Position numbers and translations under genes: made by a program. A DNA stretch of 10,911 nt, taken from the NCBI GenBank assembly GCA_043822785.1, contig JBDRBN010000092.1:1-10911 (forward strand), in the 5' to 3' direction. The notes beneath the pieces are model-generated. The model searched no databases and had not been told where the DNA came from. It saw only the letters and a program-made list of their open reading frames with translations. Of this stretch, positions 1 to 6,541 are shown piece by piece. The DNA is from Pseudomonadota bacterium (GTDB lineage: Bacteria > UBA10199 > 2-02-FULL-44-16 > JAAZCA01). Position 1 is the first letter of the stretch, and every line of letters begins with the position of its first letter.

Positions 1-147
1 CGGCCTAAGTCTTTGTTGTGACTTACGCAGTTCTGCTGGCGTCTCCACATCCAGCTCGCCACGATGGGGACCCTGCCGCCTCCCGGCGATGAACCAAAAC
101 CGAAGCTTCCAACTAATCTACTGATGCGTAAAATATCTGATTGCACA

Positions 148-449
148 TGCGAACAGTTCGTCTCTAGAGCTATGCAGGATCGGGTGGGTCGATTTGCGAT
201 ATCGCGGAGAGAGCCGATTTTGTTCGGCGAATGTTTGCCGGTCGTGCCTTGCTGGAAGCCTTTTGTTGCACGACGCCGACGGCTGCTTGAGCCCCGACGG
301 AGCCAAAACACTGTAAAAGGCAAGAAGGCGCAGTCGGGGCGAGTTCCGTCGGCGATGGCAAACTGAGTCCGATACAAAATCGTGCGAGCGCAGCGTCTAG
401 CAAATCGACCCACCCGATCTTGTGTGGCAATAGACCCGAAGCCAACGCA
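148..449 (+). ncRNA. Candidate structured ncRNA or non-autonomous palindromic (MITE/REP-like) element; family not recognised
   Basis: Perfect 20-bp inverted repeat GATCGGGTGGGTCGATTTGC (178-197/400-419), extending to 29 bp with four G-U pairs (169-197/400-428) and in the same register out to 148/449. Nested helices 215-227/369-382, 233-240/356-363, 241-247/268-274, 275-282/346-353, 291-298/333-340. Non-canonical pairs are G-U on the + strand. Overlapping ORFs resemble no family I recognise. Confidence 0.6.
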
Positions 450-473
450 GAAAAACTCTGGCAAGACTGCCCA

Positions 474-507
474 CAGAATAATTTGCATATGCCTGCAAAC
501 AATTCTG
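474..507 (-). terminator. Imperfect hairpin just downstream of the rsmG stop (possible terminator or processing site)
   Basis: On the minus strand CAGAATTGTTTGCA-ggcata-TGCAAATTATTCTG is a 14-bp stem with one mismatch and one G-U, 5 nt after the stop. No clear U-tract. Confidence 0.3.
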
Positions 508-512
508 GATTT

Positions 513-1100
513 TTAGTGCTGGCCAATGATGACCATGCAGCGGTGTTTGGAGTTTATTTGGTATTCGTGAGTATCTACGACTTTCAGGTTAAGTCTTTTC
601 AGCTCGTTTTGGGCATCTGTGAGCTCTTTTTGCCATTTTGGGCCTTTCATGGCGATGATTTTCGAGCTAGGACCGCACATATATGGCGCTGCAATTGGAA
701 GATACTCTAATAAACTCCAAGTGGCCCGCGAAATGATGGTGTCAAAACACCCCAGTTTGTTAACCGTGCCCTTATCTTCTGCCCTTCCCCATACCGCTTC
801 AATGCCTTCGAGCCTGAGCTTTCTTATGGCTTCCTCGCAAAAGGAGATCTTTTTTCTGGTGGAATCCAGAAGGGTTATCCTGATTTGGGGTCGGACGATC
901 TTTATAAGAATACCCGGAATGCCGGCACCGGTGCCTATATCTAGTAGAGAATTCGCATCAGATAGGAACTTGCACACCTCTGTTGCGTCATCGATGTGTT
1001 CTGATTTGAATGATTCAAAATCATCGATCTTTGAGACAAGCTTTATCCTCTTGTTCCAGTGTGAAAGAAGTTCATAGTAATCTTTGAACTGATCGATCAT
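513..1100 (-). CDS. rsmG: 16S rRNA (guanine(527)-N7)-methyltransferase RsmG/GidB
   Basis: 195 aa. WNKRIKLVS, HIDD, SAM-binding LDIGTGAGIPG, LLDSTRKKISF, GRAE, ISRA and MKGP motifs typical of GidB. Purine-rich GAGAAAGG upstream; parS adjacent. Confidence 0.96.
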   Translation of the reverse strand: MIDQFKDYYELLSHWNKRIKLVSKIDDFESFKSEHIDDATEVCKFLSDANSLLDIGTGAGIPGILIKIVRPQIRITLLDSTRKKISFCEEAIRKLRLEGIEAVWGRAEDKGTVNKLGCFDTIISRATWSLLEYLPIAAPYMCGPSSKIIAMKGPKWQKELTDAQNELKRLNLKVVDTHEYQINSKHRCMVIIGQH

Positions 1101-1104
1101 GACC

Positions 1105-1140
1105 TTTCTCGCGTTTCTCGCCTGTCTCGCTTTTCTCGCG
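1105..1140. repeat. Four tandem 9-bp repeats (T[T/G]TCTCGCN)
   Basis: TTTCTCGCG TTTCTCGCC TGTCTCGCT TTTCTCGCG between parS and the rsmG start. Confidence 0.85.
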
Positions 1141-1150
1141 TCGTTTAGAT

Positions 1151-1166
1151 TGTTTCACGTGAAACA
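1151..1166. promoter_or_regulatory. parS: parS centromere-like site (ParB/Spo0J binding)
   Basis: Perfect palindrome TGTTTCACGTGAAACA matching the bacterial parS consensus; intergenic and beside rsmG, a gene commonly near oriC. Confidence 0.95.
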
Positions 1167-1214
1167 TTTTTCATGGATTTTCAGGCCTCTAGCATTAAAA
1201 AACTACTCGATCGT

Positions 1215-2060
1215 TCACAGATTGAACGACAAGCCTTCTCGCGCAAGCACACATCTCACATGGTTCTTCTGTTTTTTTGCATACCTTAAGGCCTGCATAG
1301 AAACCGCATCGAGCCTTTTATCTGAATCGTCTGGATCAAAGTGGGTGAGGAAAACTCGCTTGATTCTAGCCTGTGCAGCTAACCAAATTGGATAGGTAAA
1401 CGGGCTGTGTCCCCAACCCTTGCGCTTCTTGTAGTTTTGCGGAGTGTACTGGGCATCATGTATGAGCACATCCACCCCATCAAGCGCATCAAGTAGCTTA
1501 CTCTCTTGCTTTTTGCCAGACGGTTCGTTGTCAGTCATTACTACAGCGGATTTTCCGTTCGGAAATTCCATTCTCCAACCAAACGCGCCATTGGGATGGT
1601 TTGCGATGAGCGGAACGATGATCACGCTTCCAGCTTTGAACGCGCGCTGTGAAATCGTCTTCAGCCTTATATTTGCGTTCAGTTCAGAAAGGCGAACAGG
1701 AAAATATGGCGGACATACTGCTTTTGAAAGCGCGGTCGCAAAATTCTTATCCATAGCGCGCGGGCCTGCGACAACGAATTTATTTCTACTCCAATAAAAT
1801 GGTTTGAAAAAGGGAAGGCCAATGTAATGATCCCAATGAACGTGCGAAAGCAGTATGAATGATTCGAAAGATCGCTTGCCTTTGTGCTTCATTATGTCTG
1901 CACCCAGCATGCGTATGCCAGTCCCACCATCTAAAATGATATGATCTTTGCCGCTTTGAATTTCGATGCACGTGGTATTGCCGCCATAACGCTCGGTATC
2001 TTTGCCTGGAATGGCCATGGATCCCCGCACACCCCAGAATTTGAACTTAACTTGGTTCAT
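1215..2060 (-). CDS. MBL-fold metallo-hydrolase (Lactamase_B_2 / PhnP-RNase Z-like, possible phosphodiesterase)
   Basis: 281 aa. FWGVRGS, YGGNTTC, LDGGTG, metal-binding SHVHWDH (HxHxDH), NHP, TDNE, HDAQY, WGHS and THFDP motifs. Confidence 0.92.
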   Translation of the reverse strand: MNQVKFKFWGVRGSMAIPGKDTERYGGNTTCIEIQSGKDHIILDGGTGIRMLGADIMKHKGKRSFESFILLSHVHWDHYIGLPFFKPFYWSRNKFVVAGPRAMDKNFATALSKAVCPPYFPVRLSELNANIRLKTISQRAFKAGSVIIVPLIANHPNGAFGWRMEFPNGKSAVVMTDNEPSGKKQESKLLDALDGVDVLIHDAQYTPQNYKKRKGWGHSPFTYPIWLAAQARIKRVFLTHFDPDDSDKRLDAVSMQALRYAKKQKNHVRCVLAREGLSFNL

Positions 2061-2068
2061 GATTTAAG

Positions 2069-2135
2069 AAGCTAACATAATCGAGAAAAGGCCAGCAACG
2101 TTATTCTTTTCCTTCAACTCCATTTCACTTATACT
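2069..2135. promoter_or_regulatory. Divergent sigma70-type -10 elements close to both start codons (near-leaderless)
   Basis: Minus strand: TTGCTG(2098-2093)-N18-TAGCTT(2074-2069) with an extended-10 TG, 8 nt before ATG 2060. Plus strand: TATACT (2130-2135) 8 nt before ATG 2144. Neither gene has an SD. Confidence 0.45.
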
Positions 2136-2143
2136 CCGCACTT

Positions 2144-3646
2144 ATGAATACCTATATAGATCTCCTAAAAGAATACCTGGCCCATCCACTTGTCATAGCC
2201 ATCATCATAGTTCTGCTCATTGGCTATCGATATGCATCGTCAAGGCTTAAGCAGCTACCTTCCGTGCCTGTGGGGCTTTTGATCCTCTACCTCTTCTTGT
2301 GCATAATCTTAAACACCATACCTGAAATAGTAGGCGAGGGACTACTGCACTGGCTGGATGTTATTACAGTCATCGTTCTGTACTGCGCAGCTGTGCGCAT
2401 CCTATTTGCGTTCACTGTGGAGTTTTGGCTGGCCTGGCGAAGAAAGACAACGCTTCCCAAGCTCACGCGCGACGTTATTCTTCTGGCTATCTATGCGGTG
2501 ATCACATTTGTAGTGCTGCGCACAAGGGGTGGCGTTAATCTAGCAGGCCTTCTCACCACATCTGCAGTGCTAACAGCAATAGTGGGCTTGTCCGCTCAAA
2601 ACACATTGGGCAGCTTGTTTGCTGGGCTCTCGCTTCAGCTAGAGCGTCCTTATTCCATAGGTGACTGGATTCAATTTGGAAATTCAATTGGCCGTGTGGT
2701 GGGCATAGGTTGGAAATCTACGAGACTCGTAACGTTTGAGAATGAACTCATCTTCGTTCCCAATCTGGACATTGTTAAGACCGAGATCAAAAATTTTTCA
2801 AGGCCCACAAAGAAGATATGGATGAAAATTGATCTGGGTGTGGAATACCCGGCTGCACCAAACAAGGTGCGCTCAGTGCTCCTCGATGTGTTGCGCGAAG
2901 ACTCGCGCGTGCTCATGGAGCCCAAGCCCACCGTTCGCCTCACGAATTATGGCGACTTTGCCATCACATACCAGATCCGCTTTTTGTATGATGACTATGG
3001 CAATTATCCTGATCTGCGCGCAGCCATAATGAACAATGTCTGGTATGCACTGCGCAGAAATAACATTCGCATACCGTTTCCCATTCGCGATGTGCATCAT
3101 CGACATATCGAACGCAAATTTGAACACGACATGGTTTCAAAAGAGCGAGCTGATGCAACAGCAGAGATCAACTCTGTTCCGATATTTGAGCCTCTATCGC
3201 ACGAGGCGCGAGGTCAACTTGCAGAGCACGTGGAGATCGTTCACTACGGCAATGGCGAGGATGTGGTGCGCCAGGATGATCAAGGTGATTCCATGTTCAT
3301 ACTTCATAAAGGCTTGTGTGATGTGCTCTTGAAAAAGGGTGATGCGCCTCCTATTGCAGTTGCAGAGCTCAAACCTTCATCATTCTTTGGCGAGATGAGC
3401 CTGCTCACAGGCGAGGCACGCACAGCAACTGTTCGCGCAAAAGGGGACTCAACGCTGTTTAAGATAGATAAAGAATTGTTTGCAGAAGTCCTGGCTGCCG
3501 ACGAGTCGGTGTCTGAAAAATTAGCAGAAGCGCTTGCCACCCGTCAGGCCGAGATGGCCGAGGTGTTGGGCAAACAGCTGCTCGACAAAAAAGCCCAAGC
3601 CTCCAAGATGGTCCAAAAGATAAAGGCGTTTTTTGGAATCCGGTGA
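2144..3646 (+). CDS. MscS-family mechanosensitive channel with C-terminal cyclic-nucleotide-binding domain (bCNG-like)
   Basis: 500 aa. N-terminal TM helices; MscS signatures GLSAQNTLGSLFAG, ERPYSIGDWI, GWKSTRL, VPN, IPFP; cNMP domain VRQDDQGDSMFIL...FFGEMSLLTGEARTATVRA. Confidence 0.95.
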   Translation: MNTYIDLLKEYLAHPLVIAIIIVLLIGYRYASSRLKQLPSVPVGLLILYLFLCIILNTIPEIVGEGLLHWLDVITVIVLYCAAVRILFAFTVEFWLAWRRKTTLPKLTRDVILLAIYAVITFVVLRTRGGVNLAGLLTTSAVLTAIVGLSAQNTLGSLFAGLSLQLERPYSIGDWIQFGNSIGRVVGIGWKSTRLVTFENELIFVPNLDIVKTEIKNFSRPTKKIWMKIDLGVEYPAAPNKVRSVLLDVLREDSRVLMEPKPTVRLTNYGDFAITYQIRFLYDDYGNYPDLRAAIMNNVWYALRRNNIRIPFPIRDVHHRHIERKFEHDMVSKERADATAEINSVPIFEPLSHEARGQLAEHVEIVHYGNGEDVVRQDDQGDSMFILHKGLCDVLLKKGDAPPIAVAELKPSSFFGEMSLLTGEARTATVRAKGDSTLFKIDKELFAEVLAADESVSEKLAEALATRQAEMAEVLGKQLLDKKAQASKMVQKIKAFFGIR

Positions 3647-3658
3647 CTTCTACCTACA

Positions 3659-5197
3659 CTAAAACCCATTTACTTGACAGTGTATGTTGCCATTGAGAAC
3701 ATAAGTTGAATTAGGGACAAACACCACATTCATTCCATTGCGCTTTAGTTCTTCTTTTATCCGTTGTTCAAGATTGTTATCTTCAAAAGTGGGCATAATG
3801 ATGCCTAAGCTTTTGTCATTCATGGTTATGGGTATGGCGTTAGCATAAGACTGCATTTTAGAAACGTGTTCGGCGTTAGTTGGAATTGTAATGATCTTAA
3901 AGCCAGCGCTTTCTAGGGTCTTACGATATTCACCCAAAGCTTTCTTTATCTCAACTAAAGCAGCTTTTTTCATCTTAAGGTTAAGGTCTGCTTCATCATT
4001 TGCGGTTATGCAATTGGTGTCTATGGAATCAGGATCCAACATCACCGCAGTTCCGTTCCTAGGGAAAAAAATTGCTTGATCGATATGGGGTGCAAGCCGA
4101 GGCTCGCTTTGCTGCCCTGGATTCCTAAGCAACACAACATCGTCTGCACCAAAGGCATGCTTGAGAACGGCTGTAATGTCGGCGTCTGAAATATTGCTCC
4201 CATAATGTTTCTTCGTCAGCGATCTGAGCTGAGGACCAGCGACCACAATATTTTTTCCGCCTATCGTAGTAGTGGTAATATCTCCTCCCTGAAACAATAA
4301 TGAAACATGGGTTACAGGTCTGCGCAGATCAGGATCAGAAGGGTCGTAAGGTGCAAGTAACCATGATGGATTTAAAATTACTTTTGAGTCCGCATGATTC
4401 GACATGACAAATTCTGAGCCGCCGTCTTGCAGATGGACAGATTGCCCTAAATCTTGTGCCCAATATGTTTCCGTATATTTCCCAACACTAAACCTTAACC
4501 GTCCTTGCTCTTCTAATTGTTTCAACTCTGGCGATGCATTAAAATATGCTTCTTTTAGAGCTTCCAATTGGTCTTTAGAAGATACAAAGATAGAACATGA
4601 AGTTTCGCTGTTTTCAGACAGTAGGGCTCTTGCTAAATATGCCTGTTCCTCGATCAATATTGGTGAAGAATTTTTGGGTGTTATGAGGAAAAAATCTTTT
4701 AGTCCATACTCGGGTCTGGGGACCACATTGGTTCTATCGGTTTTTAAAAATCGTTTTATTGCTGCTCTTGGATTTATCCTACTATACACATAAAAGGCAT
4801 AAGCCTTTACACTTTCGTCTTTATCCGTCTCCATGCCAGCAATTGCTGCCATTGCTTTCTCTGAAGAAGAAAACTTGCTGAGTGCATAAATCGCCATCTT
4901 TCGTACTGTTGGATTGCCATCCTTCAGCGCCTCTATCAGTGCGCTTTGTGCAAATGCGCTGCGTTTGTCTCCTAGTAACTGCGCAGCTTTTGTTCGTATA
5001 TTTGAGTCGGCGTTCTTAAGGGCTTTGATCAGCGCTTCTGGTTTTTTATTTAATAATGCATCGGGCGCCCTTAGGTACGTAAGTATTGATTTAATTTGGG
5101 GTGCTTTATTAAAGCTCGTGATTTCTTTATATTCAGTATCGTCTATTTTGCCATCTGAGTAGTTGTCGGAAATACGGGCGGCGGTTTCTTTATCCAT
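3659..5197 (-). CDS. HEAT-repeat + pentein (agmatine/peptidyl-arginine deiminase-like) protein; probably the intact part of a longer gene starting at 5341
   Basis: HEAT_2-like repeats (ALIKALKNADSNIRTKAAQLLG, ALIEALKDGNPTVRKMAIYAL); pentein motifs YWAQDLG, FQGGDI, HID, SYAN and C-terminal GNIHC; EF-hand-like DNYSDGKIDDTE near the N-terminus. Confidence 0.75.
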   Translation of the reverse strand: MDKETAARISDNYSDGKIDDTEYKEITSFNKAPQIKSILTYLRAPDALLNKKPEALIKALKNADSNIRTKAAQLLGDKRSAFAQSALIEALKDGNPTVRKMAIYALSKFSSSEKAMAAIAGMETDKDESVKAYAFYVYSRINPRAAIKRFLKTDRTNVVPRPEYGLKDFFLITPKNSSPILIEEQAYLARALLSENSETSCSIFVSSKDQLEALKEAYFNASPELKQLEEQGRLRFSVGKYTETYWAQDLGQSVHLQDGGSEFVMSNHADSKVILNPSWLLAPYDPSDPDLRRPVTHVSLLFQGGDITTTTIGGKNIVVAGPQLRSLTKKHYGSNISDADITAVLKHAFGADDVVLLRNPGQQSEPRLAPHIDQAIFFPRNGTAVMLDPDSIDTNCITANDEADLNLKMKKAALVEIKKALGEYRKTLESAGFKIITIPTNAEHVSKMQSYANAIPITMNDKSLGIIMPTFEDNNLEQRIKEELKRNGMNVVFVPNSTYVLNGNIHCQVNGF

Positions 5198-5341
5198 CCA
5201 TTTATAATCGTTATTTTCGTCATTGGGACAGATACTTTGTATTTCTTGCGAAGAAATGCTTTTATGCTGTTCTTATTTTTTGTGAATTTGTTCTGCGATT
5301 TGCCAATCTTCTAGTGGACCTTCTGTTAGCACGAAAACCAT
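3659..5341 (-). pseudogene. Full-length HEAT-pentein gene interrupted by an in-frame TAA at 5275-5273
   Basis: ATG at 5341 has SD AGGAG 6 nt upstream and is in frame with the 512-aa ORF. Translation: MVFVLTEGPLEDWQIAEQIHKK*EQHKSISSQEIQSICPNDENNDYKW-MDKE.... ATG 5197 has no SD. Confidence 0.6.
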
Positions 5342-5381
5342 AAATTGCTCCTAAAAGTTAATTAATGTTTAGAAATATTAA

Positions 5382-5397
5382 TGCAAAACATATGCCA
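5382..5397 (-). promoter_or_regulatory. sigma54 (-24/-12) promoter for the HEAT-pentein gene
   Basis: Minus strand TGGCATATGTTTTGCA: GG-N10-GC spacing, ~40 nt upstream of ATG 5341. Confidence 0.75.
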
Positions 5398-5420
5398 GCC
5401 CGATCTTAAACAAAAACCTA

Positions 5421-5433
5421 TAACTATTTGAAA
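5421..5433. promoter_or_regulatory. IHF-like binding site upstream of the leftward sigma54 promoter
   Basis: TAACTATTTGAAA (reverse TTTCAAATAGTTA) is one mismatch from WATCARNNNNTTR, ~25 bp upstream of the -24 element. Confidence 0.55.
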
Positions 5434-5701
5434 ACCTGGTGTTTTTTGTGTGAAGTGCGAAGATAATCCCTGACGTTTTAAATAACAGAAAGCCTAAGAC
5501 TCGATAGTGGTGAGTTTTGTCCCCTCAGAGGTCAAAGAGGGTGTTTGGCAGGTTAACTTCATGGATCATGATCTAGGCTATACTGTAACCCATGTTCCTG
5601 GGTCAAAACGTCACCTATCTATCATGGTCGGGCCAAAAACCCACCCAAACATAGATCAATATCGGTCAGCGCTGTAGCGAAACGCTGCGCCCCCTTGATC
5701 T

Positions 5702-5714
5702 TAACTCGCTGATT
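5702..5714. promoter_or_regulatory. IHF-like binding site upstream of the rightward sigma54 promoter
   Basis: Reverse strand AATCAGCGAGTTA fully matches WATCARNNNNTTR. Confidence 0.55.
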
Positions 5715-5730
5715 TTTCAGCTCATCTCTC

Positions 5731-5746
5731 TGGCATGCCGCTTGCT
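5731..5746 (+). promoter_or_regulatory. sigma54 (-24/-12) promoter pointing into the toxin-antitoxin operon
   Basis: TGGCATGCCGCTTGCT: GG-N10-GC, preceded by an IHF-like site. Confidence 0.7.
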
Positions 5747-5800
5747 TATTACCTGAACGTGACTTCATCAACCTGATTCACTTTTTTGGTAACAAAGCCG

Positions 5801-5829
5801 TTGAATACCATATTTGGTAATGCTAGGAT
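5801..5829 (+). promoter_or_regulatory. Putative sigma70 promoter with palindromic operator (likely antitoxin autoregulation)
   Basis: TTGAAT-N17-TAGGAT with an extended-10 TG; palindrome TACCA-tatt-TGGTA (5806-5819) in the spacer; TTTGGTAA repeated at 5785-5792 and 5813-5820. Confidence 0.5.
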
Positions 5830-5842
5830 AAAGGAGAAGGCT

Positions 5843-6130
5843 ATGGAAAGACGCTGGCGGGTCTTTATTACACCGAAAGCTCAAAAGTTAATATTGAAAG
5901 CGCCGAAGCAAGTCCGCGAGAAATGCGAATATTGGCTGGGTCTAATCGAGGAATCTGGCCCAACGGCAGTAAGGGTACACAACATGCCTTCATTCAGGGA
6001 CCACGCGCTAATCGGAAACTGGAAGGGCCATAGATCATCATATCTTAATAGCCAATATCGCGTGATCTATGCTGTGGATGAACAAGAAGCCTGTGTCATT
6101 GTAAAAAAGATCGGGCCACACGATTATTGA
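5843..6130 (+). CDS. Type II TA toxin, RelE/YafQ/HigB-superfamily mRNA interferase
   Basis: 95 aa from ATG 5843 (SD AAGGAG 5831-5836; the track's TTG 5786 start is less likely). Motifs DHALIGNWKGHRSSYLNSQYRVIY and C-terminal PHDY. Directly upstream of an HTH gene. Confidence 0.9.
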   Translation: MERRWRVFITPKAQKLILKAPKQVREKCEYWLGLIEESGPTAVRVHNMPSFRDHALIGNWKGHRSSYLNSQYRVIYAVDEQEACVIVKKIGPHDY

Positions 6131-6140
6131 GGAGGGAAAT

Positions 6141-6530
6141 ATGCACAAGGGAAAATACATTCCAGCACAGAAGGTCGCAGACCTCACACCTGCAGACTAT
6201 GTTCGGCTAGCATGCGAATTAAAAAAAATTACCCAGGCAGAATTGGCAAGAAAGGCCGGTGTCCACCCTTCACATTTGAGCGAAATCGTAAATGGTAAAA
6301 GGCCAATTGGGGCAATGGTGGCTAAGAGGTTAGCCAAGGCAATGGGAATATCGGTTTCGCGGCTACTTGGAGAAGATGAGATCGATAAGATGAAGAGAAA
6401 AAAGGTCGAGAACGCGCTTAAAAAGATAAGACGGCATATCAATGAATCCAAATCACTTAAGGAGGACACCGAGCAAATCCTTCTCAAGGATATCCAGGAT
6501 GCAATCGAGGCAAATCGCGCCGCATCGTAA
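6141..6530 (+). CDS. XRE/Cro-HTH antitoxin (HigA-like) with C-terminal helical extension
   Basis: 129 aa. ITQAELARKAGVHPSHLSEIVNGKRPIG...AKRLAKAMG HTH_3 pattern; SD GGAGG; 10 nt after the toxin stop; toxin-first order as in higBA. Confidence 0.88.
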   Translation: MHKGKYIPAQKVADLTPADYVRLACELKKITQAELARKAGVHPSHLSEIVNGKRPIGAMVAKRLAKAMGISVSRLLGEDEIDKMKRKKVENALKKIRRHINESKSLKEDTEQILLKDIQDAIEANRAAS

Positions 6531-6541
6531 AGGGCGTGTAA

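Noticed and set aside
157..440. Calling the structured element 6S, SRP, tmRNA, RNase P, an autonomous IS or a retron msr-msd
   Set aside because: Hallmark motifs are not seen, and no transposase or reverse transcriptase is encoded in the window; left unassigned.
64..526. ORFs 64-366 (+), 118-306 (-) and 170-526 (-) as proteins, including a possible ParA after rsmG
   Set aside because: No recognisable motifs (no KGGVGKT). They overlap a GC-rich palindromic element, which readily yields spurious open frames.
5786..5842. TTG start giving a 114-aa toxin
   Set aside because: ATG 5843 has a strong SD and gives a typical ~95-aa RelE-family size; the extension overlaps the promoter/operator.
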